Part shown: in pieces, positions 45,909 to 59,329 of the stretch
How positions within the stretch are numbered: the stretch's first letter is position 1
Layout: each line of letters opens with the position of its first letter
Source of the DNA: Cercozoa sp. M6MM
Taxonomy: Eukaryota; Protista; Endomyxa: Ascetosporea
Reading direction: 5' to 3' (one strand)
Assembly: GCA_040357565.1 (NCBI GenBank)
Contig: JBDODJ010000030.1
Length of the DNA stretch: 64,000 nt
The notes under the pieces: generated by a model
Databases searched by the model: none
What the model was told of the DNA's origin: nothing
The model's input: the letters and a program-made list of their open reading frames with translations, nothing else
Translations under genes and position numbers: made by a program

Positions 45909-48900
45909 TCAGCAGCAATCGGTGGGTGACACCACGAGCGACAACGTGGCCACCAGCAGCGGCACAGCAATGGCGAGTTGAGTCCACAGCAGCGAAGACG
46001 CCGCATTGTTCTGTGGCACAAACTCACAGCTCCGTGTCAAACACAACAACAGCAATAAACGACAGCAAAAGCCACCATGTTCTGCGTGAGATTGGTCAGT
46101 TCCTCGGTGGAGCCGCCGCTGGGTGTTGTTGGCGCCTGCGGCGTCAGCAACACGTCCAAGTCAGCATCGACATGGGCCGTAAAGTTCGTCAGTGTCGCCG
46201 TGAAGGAGAGCGGGAACGACCATGAATTGATCAGTCCAATGTGCAGAGTGCTGTCCAGGCAGCAATCAATACTGGTGCCTGAGACCACCGGAGTACAACG
46301 TACCGATCGACATCGCGAGGTGCGAAACGGATCGGCAGAAAGACATCGATGTACTCTCCCCATGCCTATGACCGCATGCATGAGTTACCCGAAATGCATC
46401 CTGAAAGAAAGCTGATGTTACCGAGGCAAAGGGAGTAGCTTGTTGCGTTGGCGACTGCGATGGAAAACGCTGCGTCAGTCGACGTCGCAGCACGGTGTCA
46501 CTGTGCGACAGGTGCGACGACTGCAGGTCGCAGCCCCATGCCGTGGTCTGCAGGTCGCCCATGTGCGAGTACGTGTACATCAGTTCGCACCACGAGGGCA
46601 CGCCTTGCACCACCTCGTCCTGACCACACCATGCCATGTTATACCTTGCCCACTCCAAACAGTGATATCACACACTGTCAAATGGAAAGATTGAGTGCAA
46701 GTGGTACACTGGTGGGAATGCCTGGGTAGACCTTGCTGCCCCAGAAACCTTGCGCCATAAAGTCGCGTCTACGCCATTGAAGTACCACGTTGGATGCGCC
46801 TGTTCGCCCACATTATCTCTAGAGTTAAGGGACATTATTCATCAAGAGTAGAGTGAAGGGACCAGCAGGCACTTGCACTTGCAGCTGGAATGGCGTTGGA
46901 ACTGAGTAGAACCCGAGCTCTAGTGGTGATGGCAAAAGCACTGTCGCTGCCCCGGCTTGCTCCACCGGCAGCGATCGCTTGCTGTCCACATTACAGTATT
47001 TGCCGACGAGCCGAGCATATCTAAAAAAGAGTTTGCACCATGGCGGATAGATGCCACGCCGTTCGAAGGTGTCGATGGCTGTCTGAAAGGCGCGAACAGA
47101 ACCAACGAACTCGGTTTGCGACAACAGCGCCATCACCTGCACGAGTACAGTCTGCTTCGTGCAGTGCTAGTTAGTTTGTTGTATCAGAAGGTACCCGCAA
47201 TGCAGCAGTCGCCATGGGTTCGCCCTCTTCGGCCAGAGCGACGCCCATGAGCAACAGTCGATCCAGTGTGGCGCGACTCGATGGCGGTACTGCCTCGCGG
47301 ATCTCCCACAGTGCCTTCCGGGTCACAGAGAATAAAACTAAACACACGGAGACAGTCTTTGATCATTAAACTTATGTATACAGCTGTCCACGGCTTTGCG
47401 TCTTGGTGCACCTCGAACATTACGTTGTTGGGACACCGGTTGTCGTTTCTTCATCAACCAAATCTCTCGGGGGTCAAACATTGATTGGGAACGAAGCAAT
47501 CTGGGGTACCGTGCATCGCGCATTGTTTCGCGTGAGGGGTCAATAGCTGTTGTACAGTAGTTGGGAAGGATAAAATTACATATAGTGTGTTAGAGTTTAG
47601 CTTGTACCTGTAATCGCGTAGCTGCCTATGTTGGCGGCGTTCAGCCACGAGGCCGCACTGTGCAGTGTCTTAGAGTGTATGAATCGCTCAGAATTGAAGT
47701 TGCGTTACAAGTAGTCAGCCCAGCCTTCGTTGAGTGCCCCTGGCTCCGCGTGCGAGCCCATCCCGTCCAGTCCGTACTGTTTCAGTCCAAGACACCTCAA
47801 CTTATGCAACATCGGAAGTCGAACTAAAGTGAAAGGAAAAGTCTACACTGCCCAGGTCCGGCGACAGAGCGTACACCACGGCATGCACCAGTCTGCAGAC
47901 CTTTCATACACACCTGGCATTGCACATTAAATTCACAGTCAACTGACTCGTGTGCCACGACCGAGACATCGTAGGCGAAATCAACCCCCTCGCCTTGGAA
48001 GAACCCAAGCTGTTCACCAGTAACTCTGTTTCACACCCGGGTTGTCTCCGACTGGGTGATGCAAGATAGTACCAAGTTGCGATTACGCGTGAGGTACCAC
48101 GTGCTCAAGAAGGGACTTGCTTTCACCTCCTGCAGTCACAAAGATACAGTTCAAGATAGGCAACAGATGCTCAGTTGCTAGAGAGCTAGCACTGCAGTAA
48201 ATTTTACATCTTCGAACTCGTCAGTCAGCAGTGCGGGCAGAAAAAACGCGTTCGCTTCCAGTGCTGGCATGTCGAAGACCAGTGGGTCTTCAGCGGTGGC
48301 TCCTTTGCCTCTTTTATCATTCACAGGATATAAAAGGTGTGTGCATAGTATCTTTGTGAACAGTCAAAGATCCAGTGTACTGCGGATTGATCACTTCGGC
48401 CAGGATGAGTTCATAGACTGCCGGAATGAAGGCCACGTTGGTAAACACGTCCAATGCTCCGCTGTTGACAACAACCAACTGAAGTCGCAACTTCAGGGTA
48501 CTGGTATTGTCAGAGATATATCAAAATACGCGCTGCCCAGCGGTTCTCCGTCGGCGTCGCACAGCTGCGACAGACCACCGAGACACCACTGCTTGTGTGC
48601 ACACAAAGATGTCTTATCAGTTTGATCTGAAAAAAGAGTTTTTGCACCGTTTCGTCTCCGATGACATCGCGCACGTGCTGAAAGAAGCGCGTCAGTGTCT
48701 GCATATGGCACACCAACCAAGTCCAGAAAGTCAAGTGTTTCAGTGAACTAAGCGAGAGAGCCAGTTTACGTCATAAAGTTGCACTTCGGAATACTTGTCG
48801 CCTTGCCACGCGTTCGTTTCTTTCTGCAGCAGAAAATAAAAGACAGTGGAACAGCTCACTCAAGTTTACCTCAGTGAGGCCGCTCCAGGTTTTGTTCAGC

Positions 48901-50858
48901 GAGGATTGGAAGTCCGCCATCACCTGCCCAGATGCAGCAGCTCATACCACTGGAACCATCTTGAAAATGCGATTTTTATTACCGTCTCTTCAGGCGAAAC
49001 GTCGCTTACTTCGTTGATTTTGACGCGCTTCCTTCGAACGCAAGAAAGGGTTATCGTATGCATATCCACAACACTTCGTTTCTCCACTGGCATGTTGTGA
49101 GTGTCTTACAGTCCTGTGCACGCCGGTCCTTTCACGTATACAAAGTCGTTTGGAAACATGCCCGCAATGTTCCAGCCGACGAAGCTGCAGCCATCAGAGG
49201 ATACAGACGCGAACAATGTAAATCTTATATTTATATTGAACCCCCATACAATGCGTAAAATCTAAAAGTACTTGGCCACGGGCAGCTGCAGTTCAACCTC
49301 GTTTTTCATGACAAGATCCTCATCGTCGTCGTTTTCGGCACACTTCGAATGCACACGCACCACAAGGGTTAACACGGAAAACAACAAGAACGCAAGGTCT
49401 CTTCAACTCAAACTGACCCTGGCGGAAGTGAGTGGACAGTCCGTGCGGTTCAAAAAATCACCGGTGCACACGTAAGCCACTACCAGCGACAGTGTCATGT
49501 TACTTTTTTCCCAGGTGAGAGATGTAAAACTTAAAGTTAAAGGCAAACACATACCACAGCAGGAGTGCACGTTGAAGAACTTTCCGTTGAGGTATCCGTC
49601 GGTGCTGTTATACACGTCGATCAGATCGGTGCTCTTGCGTTCGATGAACTTCTCGCCCTCTGCGTGTGCTCGTTCCCACACTTGGGCTAACACAATTTAT
49701 AGATTACAGCACTCCAACACAACAACACCTCACAACTGAACACACCGGTGACATTGAGAGTGTCGAACACAAAGTCGCTCGTATTCGCATTGATTGCGTC
49801 CGTAGCATTGGTCGCAAGGTCTGTGTCATTGCCTGCGCGTAGACGTGGCTTGAATGACCTCGCCGGGTGATCTGTATTTGGTTTGCAGTCACGAGACCAT
49901 CGCCAGAATATACTTTGCATTCTCGAAAGGCTGATACCGAAACGGTAGACTTCGCCAGTCTGAGCATCGACCGAGACGTCGACAATGTCATCGGGACGGT
50001 GGCCCAGCGTGCGAATCTTAATCGTCGGACGCACTACCAAACGTACAGCATGGCTACAATACGTTAACATCCCACAGCTCAAACAAAACGTACGCTTGTT
50101 GCCACTTCGAATGTACATGCGCGCCACCGCGTCGTGTCCGTGCATCACCGAAGCACCCAAGGCAGCCTCTCTGTGGTGCAGGCACAATTTAACACCAAAT
50201 CCGTACAAGCAAGACTGTGTGTTGTATGGAACCGCGCTTCCTGGTCAGTGAGGCGCCAAAAGGTATCGAATCCCTCGTCTCCGAAACTCAACTCTGTGGA
50301 ATAACTCCGCTGGGAAACACAGTGCATACTATCTAATCTGCAAAGCACCTTCATTGACGTTGTCGTACGCGTGCACTTCGTGCACCGCGCTGAGCGACGG
50401 GGTTTCACGCGAAGTCAGGAAGTGTCGCTTCCACCCGACGATTGGCTTGTTATCGTGTCTCGCCGTCACGCGCACGTGACACAAGTCGTCATTGACACAG
50501 ATCGACTTTGACGCGTGTAGCGAAGCACCGTTGCTTCACAACACAACCAAGCAGGAAGTAAAAGCGCCCGAGCAGCGCATCATCTAAAGTCAGAAAAACT
50601 GATAAATTTACCGCAGAAGTGAATCGACAGGTTGATCGTGTTCACGCCACTTCTCATGAGTCAGCAGTGACACCAGTTGAGTGCTGCCAACGCGGATGCC
50701 ATTATACAAAGCGACTGCTCAAAGTAGAGGTCATTTTACTGAATATCGCGTCCGCCGGGAGTGACATGTGGAACCACCTTGTCCAACAGATGCGACACAT
50801 CATGAGCTTTCGACCATGGTACTGCCAGCGATAACAGTGACACAGACAACCGCAGCAT
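45909..50858 (-). CDS. Secreted or membrane-anchored zinc metalloprotease, M4/M36 type with propeptide
   Basis: Signal MLRLSVSLLSLAVPWSKA; PepSY-like VSVDAQTGEV; ANAFF; DFAYDVSVVAHE|LVH; PGALNEGWADYF; CPNNVMFEVHQD...ALWEIR; hydrophobic C-terminus. Confidence 0.85.
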
Positions 50859-51269
50859 GTCTCGTCTGCAGCGTGCCGTTCTTGAACCTAAAGACCCGGT
50901 GTACAGTACAAGAACTGGCACTTTCTCAGATAGTCAGGCTGGAAACACAACCGTCCGTCGAGTCGAGTGCCAGGTCACTGTCACGTCACGCCCGAACCCA
51001 CACGTGAGGATCAATCAATGATATCGTTGCCGGACAGCCATGCAGGGTCAGGGAGTGTAAACCAGCTTGGCGCTAGTCAGCGCTAGCAATACTTGTATAC
51101 TGCTTAAAATGTAGCGACTGAGCTGAACTGAAACAACCAATGCCACCCGACCCACACAAACGCAAACGTCTGCCCATTCATATGCGTAACAGGCGAGGTC
51201 TGAGTAACTTTAATCGCTAATACTTAAAACAACCAAACGGAACGTTATCGCGGCATATGCGCTACACTA

Positions 51270-53592
51270 AACTGGGATGCAGGGGTTCGGTTCGGCTCAG
51301 CTGGAGGCCTTTGCCTTGAGAGAAGCAAATAGCAAGCACATGCCGCCGCGCTTCTTCCTCACTGCCTGTTGGGCCTGTTGTGCGCGCCTACTTGCAATTA
51401 GGCACATCAACTTCGCACAAACCGAGACATGGCAACAAAAAGAACGCACTGCAGAAAGTCGCGGAGAACAGGAATTGCAGAGTCGGCAAAGTAGCTTTCG
51501 CTCTCAATTTGCAGATCCTGAAGAATACAATGAATCATCACAACTTCAGTTTGCTTACAGACATCAAAACTAACCTCAATTTGTTGCTGAATCTGCTCGA
51601 TCTCAGATTCAACAATCTCACTCGCGTTGTCCTTGCTCACTGCACAGCTCACCAAGGTTAAACAGTCTAGACCATTGCACACGTTGCACACGGTTCTACC
51701 GAGTCGATCGGCGTAGCTCATCCAGTTGATTCGGCTTTCCAGTTCATCAATAATCATTGCGATTGCCTGCAAACAGACAACTCGACAATCAAGACAGACC
51801 GTTGAGTAAAGGACAGACCTTGAAGCGTCGCATATGCTCATCGGATGGGTCACAAAGCGCGTCGCCCATCACCTGAAACAGCGGCAGAAGCGTCACCTTG
51901 TTCTGCCACTCCAACGGAATTCCTTCCTCGCCAAACACCGCGCTGCAACAAGATCATTGAAACAGTGTCAGTTAAATGAACAAGTATTCTTGTACCCTGC
52001 AAGTGCACCACAAATGGCTGCAGTAGTGTCTGCATCCTTGCCCAAATTGGCAGCCTACACCACTAGTGATTTTATTCAAAACAAAACATGGCCAAGAGAA
52101 AAACTGACTCGCAAAACAGCGTCCTTGAAATCGCGTGCTCCAAAGAGCGACCACAGCGCAGCTTCCATCGACTTAATGACAAAACCTGCCACAAAAGCAC
52201 AGAAACCAACTGAACTGGTCCAGAAGTAACACGTGTGCTCAGTGCGCAGTACCGCTGCCTTCGATGTTTGCGTCGGTGCGAAATGAACCGTCTAGAACGA
52301 TTGTTTGGACACGCGGGTGCAACTTGTCCACGTCGACCTTGGCTTCCCTGTAAACCCAAGCAGTGCAACCACGAAACTGCACTGTGATTAAGGGTACCCA
52401 AGCAGCGCGAGAATGTTATCGTGTTGCAGCATCTGTTTGTGCGGCTCTTCCATATTGGCGTAGTCGCCTCGAACGGCACTTGCCAGGAGAATACCTGTTC
52501 ACACGGACAGTAACACAGATTAAACAAGTCAAAATAAAGTGTTAAACTGTACCATAGACCAGACAACTGTCTGTACACATTTGAGTGCCATGTGTCGTCA
52601 CTGAACTCCTATGCACACTTTAGTTTTCTCAGATGAAAGAATGAAAGAGTGAATTTACAAGGCAGACAGACGAGCAGCATGCTCGAGCAGATTCTCCTCT
52701 GACACCTCATCAAATAGACTGGCCAGTGTGAAGGCGAAAAGTGGCACTGGAGCCAGTCGCATCAATGAACCTAAAGGCATGGATAAAGGGGACCTTGTAA
52801 CCCTTCATATCCGGACATAACACACGTGTCAAACACACCATTGCCAGCAGATCGCTCTGCCGTGTTGCCACATCTGCCATCACTCTGATCTTCCTCTGGA
52901 AAAGGCACCAGTTCAGTCACAAGAAACGCTGCAGGAAGTGAATGAAAAGGTACCAAAACGATACAGAGCCTGTCGCACCGTGATGCCGATGTCAAAGCAC
53001 CGGCCGTTGGAACTGCCAAAATCAACAACACAACTGAAATGATACCGCATGTACAAACACAAAATAGAATCTACCTTCGGTGACCTTCTCGGTACCATTT
53101 GACATAACTGCACGCATCAGAAACAGATAAGAAACACAAAGCACTGATACACGCAAAAAACACAGTCAACTGGTACCGGCGCAACTGATCCCTGAGGTCA
53201 CATTTTCGCGTTTCCAGCAGTGACTCGCCCAGGCACAGCATCATGCTCTAAAGTATGCACACTTTCAGTAGCAAAACAAAACAACAACAACAACACACAA
53301 CGAAAACGTACGGTATCATCAGTCCACTGGCCAGGTAGCAGGTTAAACGGACCGCCTCCAACAATATCCGTCAGTGGACTGAACGAACTGCGTCAACAAA
53401 AGAAAAATAAGAAAAGCAAACTCAAATCTTCTTGTGTGTCCTGTGCTACCCGGGCGGCGAAAACTCCACTGTAGTGCCGAGAGCATCGCCAACGGCTGTC
53501 CCAACGAGAGCGCCTACAGACCACAAAAGTAACCAACACCTTAAAAGGCAAAGAATCAATGCACCTCTGAAGCGCTTAAGGCGTTCTGACAT
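51270..53592 (-). CDS. ADP-ribosylglycohydrolase (DraG/Tri1-like)
   Basis: GALVGTAVGDALG, GGGPFNLLPGQWTDDT, GRCFDIG, SAGNG|SLMRLAP, TTH, ANLGKDADTTAAICGALAG and GIPLEW. The 3' end is approximate. Confidence 0.92.
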
Positions 53593-53887
53593 TTTATTCG
53601 CACGACTCTGCACTATGCACATGTGCACTCCTGCTTTCGTGCGGTCAAAGTCCTAATTACACCCCTTTCCGGGAAAAACTGGAAATATCCATAGTACGTA
53701 CTTGGAAAATAGTAATCCCAGTATCATATCACGCAACAACTCTGGTCTATAACTGAAGTATTGTTGATCCGCAACGCTAGCTATTTTGGCGGCTAGCATC
53801 GACTCGGGTCGAGCGAGGGTACGTTCGGTTGTGCAGTTTACGTACATACCGCATCGCAGAGATACGATAGCCGGCGTCACGTTTTTA

Positions 53888-55852
53888 TTAGTTCCGATGT
53901 CGAATCAGCATGATATCACCGTCCTGCACGACGTAGGAGGAGCCTATCAAGCAGCGCAAAACAACATATGTACACATAGCCCGCACTAGAGTAGGATATA
54001 AACAGTATCCCGGATGGTAAATTGTACCAGCGAGCGTAACTTTGCCCTGCTGCCGAACGGCGTCCTCGCTGCCGAGTGCGATGATGTCCTCAGGTCGCCA
54101 GACGTCAGCCTTGACGAAGCCGGCCTGCAGGTCCGAATGGATGCGACCAGCGGCCTCGGGTGCTGTGGAACCGCTGCGCACGAGCCAACTCCTGGCCTCC
54201 ATGGGACCGCATCTGTTGTTTACAACCAATCGTTAGATACTTCGTCAGTGAGTGGGCAGTAGAGAGTACGTGTAGAAGTTGCTCATGTTGAGAAGTGACT
54301 TGCACTTGGCAACGACACGTTCCAAACCCGTCTCAGACGCACCGGCCTGTTTCAAAGCAATGTACACAGATCAAAGTGCCGAAAGCATGTGGTACGGCCT
54401 CCAGAAACGCGTTCCTTTCTTCTTCGTCCTCTGTGCGCAAACAAGAAGCTCAAAGAAACAGACGATACTGAGCATAGCCTTTTATACCCAAAATAGCGAC
54501 CTCCGCTTCCAGCGCAGCACACACGACGGTAACGCTATCTCTCGCTCGCTGCTCGGCTTGTCTGCACCAGCAAGAGTCATACGTATGGCGTATCTTTACC
54601 GTTGAGATGAAAACAATACTGTTTGTGCAACTCGTAGTCTTCGTGTTCCGGGTCAAGTTGCTGCAGCGCCTCTTGCAGCACAAAGTCACGCACGGCACAG
54701 ACGTGTTTGTTGCTGGCGCCATCATCGGCCACCGAGTCCTAACATAAATTAACCTGTCTACAGTGCCTTGTGCCCTTGCAATATGAGGTACCTCATCGAC
54801 GTTACAGACGTAGAGAGTCGGCTTGGCCGTGAGGAACTGCAGTTGTCGCAGCAGCTTGGCTTCGTCGGCATCCAGCAACGGCAGCAGCTGACGCAACGGC
54901 ACTTCGTTCTCCAGCGATTCGACACACTTGGTCAGCACACTCTGTCGCAGCAACTGATCGGCGGTCTGCGGCTTCTTTTTGCCGCCACTCAACGTGGACA
55001 GCTGCTTCTCTGCCGACTGCACAAAAAGAGAGCGCGCGGGTGTGTGTGTGTGTGTGTGTGTTGCTTACAGATATAGACAAGTACCTGCAGGTCAGCCAGC
55101 AGCAACTCGGAGGCAACAATCTGCTGGTCGCGCAGAGGGTCCACCGTTGTCTCAACGTGAATGATCTGTCACACAAAAAATAATACCTTTGAATTGGACA
55201 TCATAACAAAGAGCACATGGTACATCCTCCTTCTCGTAACAACGTAGCACTTGCAACACCACTTGCACACCGCGAATGTCCGCCTTTTAATTGCATCAAT
55301 ATTTAGGTATGTTCAGTGCCGATCTGTAAATCAGTGGTACGAGGAACTTATTTCCCAAACCGGCGCCCTGAGAGGCACCCTTCACCAGACCGGCAATGTC
55401 GACGAACTCGAGTGTCGACGGGATGATCTTTCCGCTCTTGTAGACTTGCGCAAGTTGCTTCAATCTAAATCGCACCCAACTTCGCTTTAATTCTCTCATT
55501 ATCGCCCAATGGAAGTGCAAATGGCGTACCTCTGGTCTGGCACATCAACTTCAGTCCTGTTGGCGTCAATGGTGGCGAAAGGGTAGTTCTGTGAGCGTTT
55601 TACGATGTACATCGCGAAAATTGTAGTATGTCATGAATAGGTTCGTGTGTACTGCTGCCAAGGCTTGCTGCGACTGGGTGAGTGCGTTAAACAGCGTGGA
55701 TTTTCCGACATTAGGCAAACCCACGAGGCCGGTAGCTAACAACAAGAGAAATAAAAAACAACAACAAACAACTCGGACAGACGATTATCCGCAAAGCATT
55801 TATCGGGCATCGCACCACTGGAGGCGAACCTCAGCTGACGCCAGCCACGCAT
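53888..55852 (-). CDS. ychF: YchF/OLA1-family Obg-like ATPase, probably organellar
   Basis: [64 protein letters not shown] and YVVQDGD. There is a short Arg-rich presequence, [12 protein letters not shown]. Confidence 0.95.
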
Positions 55853-56359
55853 CGCAACAGTATCCAATGCAATTAAGTGCCTCGCGGCTCTGTTCTGACT
55901 GCTAAAAAACGGCACGGCTGACGGTCTGGCCATTCGGCCCAATGGGATCATTACTTGAGCGTTTGGAAGAGTTCTCAGACGACTTCCAGCCTGGCACTCA
56001 TACAATTGATTTGTGCTGTGCCTCACCACGCGTGCGTGTCCTGCAGAGGGGGCAGGTCCTTTGAGCACGTGGTTTTGATTTATTGTTTGACCACAACGAA
56101 ACCAATTGTTGGCTGAGTTGCGCTCGACTTCTGTCCTTTCCGTTGCTCTGCGTGTGGGGTGTTGTGGGTAGCACCTAGAGTGACCAGAAAGCAGCACGAG
56201 GTAGGACTGATTGCATAACAACTGACGTTTTTCCAAGTTGCCGGTCAAAAGTGACTGCTTTTCTTTCACGTTTTCTGTCGCTTAATGATTCTGCGTGCGT
56301 GCATTTTGACTGATAAGAGGACGCTTTTACGCGAGTGTGTTGCTACAGTCGTGGGTGGA

Positions 56360-58307
56360 ATGTCGCAAGGCGGGAACCCGCTGGCAGCGAGTCAGCAGCA
56401 GACAGCGCTGGCGCTGTACATGCAGCTGAATGGTCAGATGGGTCAGATGGGTCAGATGGGCAACTCGAGTCAGAGGACGCGCACCTTTGTGCCACCGCCG
56501 GCAGCGCACATGTCGATTCCGAAGCCGCAGCCGGCAGTGCCGCGGCAGCGACCGGAAGGCGCCAAGAGTCCCACCGCCGGCATGACGGATCGCGAGCGAC
56601 GCCTGCACAAGAGTGCACGCGAGAAGGAGCGTCGTGTCGCCATCAATGCTGCCTTCTCGGAACTGGCTGCCTTACTGGGTAGTTCCTCCTTCTTTCAGTC
56701 AACGTAAAGCTTTGTTACTGGCTCTGTACTGTGTTGCTCAGGTCTGCACGACTCACGTGCTCAGCAGATCAGGATACTGCAGCTTGCCAAGCAGACAGTG
56801 CTGTCGCTGCGACAGGAGAACTCGCTCCTCAAAGGCAGTGGCGCTCTGTGGCCGTGGCAGCAGGTGGTCGACACTACTACGCATGCCAGTGTGGTACCTT
56901 TACCCCCTACACCTTGCACCTTCCCCCTACACCTTACCCCCTACACCTTACCCCCTACACCTTACCCCCTGCACTTTACCCCCCACCCTGCAGTACCGAA
57001 ACCTAGCGTCGGGTGAGACACGAAGGACAGCGCCGTCGGCTCAAGAGGTGGCCAACGAGCGGCAACGCATGTTGGGTGTGCGCAACACAAGTGCCGTGTC
57101 CTTCTTGCCGCCCACACTGTCGGCTGCACATCGTGTCAAGGTACCTCACCCCCAGTCTACCCCTACCCCTCCCTACCCCTTACCTACCAGGAGACAAAGC
57201 GCACAGCACCGACGTCGGTACCAACGACGCTGAAACTGCGGCCGCACCGACCGTCGACGACGACGCTGCAGTCGCTGCTGCCGAGTGCGCCGGCGCTGTC
57301 GCTGCGAACCACTGCAGCTGCTGCCTCCTCCAACAACAACAGCAACAGCAACAACAACAGCAACAATACTGTTCGTGTGACACCTCGGCAGACTTCGTTC
57401 TACACAGGTCCTGTCCCAGGTACTGCGGCAGGTACTGCGGCAGGTACTGGCATGCCCTCCGACGTCAACGTGAGCGACATGCTGAGCGAGATTCCCATCG
57501 ACTCTGATGAGGGTGCATTTCTCTGCTTTGAACTGAGTTGCTTTGAGTTGAGTTGAGTTGCTTTGCTTTGTTGAGTTGAGCTGAGCTGAGTTGAGTTGAG
57601 TTGAGCTGAGTTGAGTTGCTTTGCTCTGGCTTAGAGCATGAGGGCGCAGGCGAGCGGCGCACGTCGCTGAGCAAGGAGGTGCGCGACGACGTGGTGCGCG
57701 CAGCGTTGAAGCGGCAGCGTAAGCGCAAGAAGACGCTGGCGGTGGACGTGGCACGTGCCAGTCGGCAGGTGGGTCCGCTGCCTTCGGTGGCAGTGCCGTC
57801 GCCGCTGTTCCGCGAGCGTGCGCTAGAGGAGCACCACATCGACATGTCGCGTCCGTCGTCGGCGCTGACTCCGGTGGCTGGCTCGGTGGAGGACGTGGCA
57901 CTGCATCGGATGGACGCACTGGACCACTCGAGTCATCATCACTCGGACCATCACTCGGATCATCACTCAGGTCATCACTCAGGTCACCACTCGAGTCATC
58001 ACTCGGGTCCCACCGACAGTGCTTCCGCCTTTGACCTCTTCCGCCGCAGTATCGACGGCAGGACTCCGCCGCACCGCAACAGTCTCGAACTACACCTCCT
58101 GCAGCCGCAGCTGCCCTTCGATGATATCGACACCACCGACGAGCACGCTGTAGCTTCTTCTCAACCAATCAATGTGGTCTATCCTGCGTGTGTATGTCCT
58201 GTGTGTATGTCCTGTGTGGCTATGTCCTGTGAGTGTAGCCTTTTCACCACCGGTCCAGCATGGACACACTGGACCTGTTCCGCACGCAGAGCGGCGACTT
58301 GTTATAG
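56360..58307 (+). CDS. bHLH(-ZIP) transcription factor
   Basis: RRLHKSAREKERRVAINAAFSELAALL|GLHDSRAQQIRILQLAKQTVLSLRQENSLLK, followed by low-complexity and His-rich (HHS)n regions. Confidence 0.8.
57532..57620 (+). repeat. (GAGTT/GAGCT)n pentamer repeat, intronic
   Basis: Directly visible. Confidence 0.9.
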
Positions 58308-59329
58308 TCGCGCTTCCGTGTGCTTGCGTCACTGCCCGTCTGTCGTCCGGTCAGTCCTAAGTAATGTAACCACCAGTAACCTAGCGCAACATGAAGGAAA
58401 ATTAGACGAGAACGTTTTTTTTTGTGTGCCGACTTTCAACAACAGACGAGAACACCAGAAAATTGCCTCTCGGTTGCTTTGCTCAGTTTGCTGCAATCTT
58501 CACTCTCTCATGCAAGTCGATGCAATAGAGAATTTAACATCTAAACGAAGCAAGCAACGGGAGGAAGGGAAGCGACATGTCACAGCCAGCGACGCCGGTG
58601 AAAGTGAGGAGGCGAGCCGCAGTGCTTAGAGTGCGCAAGGCTGGGCACTGCTGCAACGCACGGCGATGGCGTGCTGGAGCCGAAGCTCGAGCAAATGGCG
58701 GAACAAAATACTGTACTGCAGTTTAAAGACAAAACAAAAGTCAGAAAACGATAAGTCAGAAAACGGCAGGCTAAAAACAAACACGACACAAGTAAAGTGG
58801 GCTCTCGAAGCAGCCCCGAAACACTCCCACAGTGCATCGACACATCAAACAACAGTGTTGCACAGTGAAACGCAGACACATAGAAATCACCATTCCATAA
58901 AGCGCAAAAAGTGTCTTATGTGCACAGTGCACTCTGGCGTTCGGTAGTTTCTCGTGTCACGGGTCTCAAACTCACACAATGCCTGATAAAAGAAGGTCAA
59001 GTTTGCCCGTTTCTCCACGCACGGGTGACTTGTGACACTGTTACAAACAATTCTGACACCTAAACAATATTTAGCACGCATAAGACTAACCTAAATCTCT
59101 AATTGTGCTCAGCAAATTTGGGTGGCCAGCCAAACGGATCGTTTTTCACGGTCATTTACAAGATTGATAAAAAAGCTGAAACGCAGGAGCCCAGTTAGAA
59201 CAGTTGACAGCACTAGCGTGTTAAGTTTGTGAATTTAAATGCAATACAAATGTGCTTGTGTGTGTAATCCTGACAGCGCGGCCTCGAGAACATCGTGAAC
59301 GTGGCCAACACTGACACCTACCGTCGTGT

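Noticed and set aside
48927-48950. Ultra-short 24-nt intron
   Set aside because: An upstream donor gives a normal ~59-nt in-phase intron.
50536-50580. Apparent in-frame TGA in a signal-peptide-like ORF, suggesting stop-codon reassignment
   Set aside because: The TGA lies inside an in-phase GT-AG intron and the true start is at 50858. Conserved genes use TGG for Trp.
58400-59100. Possible small minus-strand gene
   Set aside because: There is intron-like sequence, but I could not assemble a coherent reading frame.
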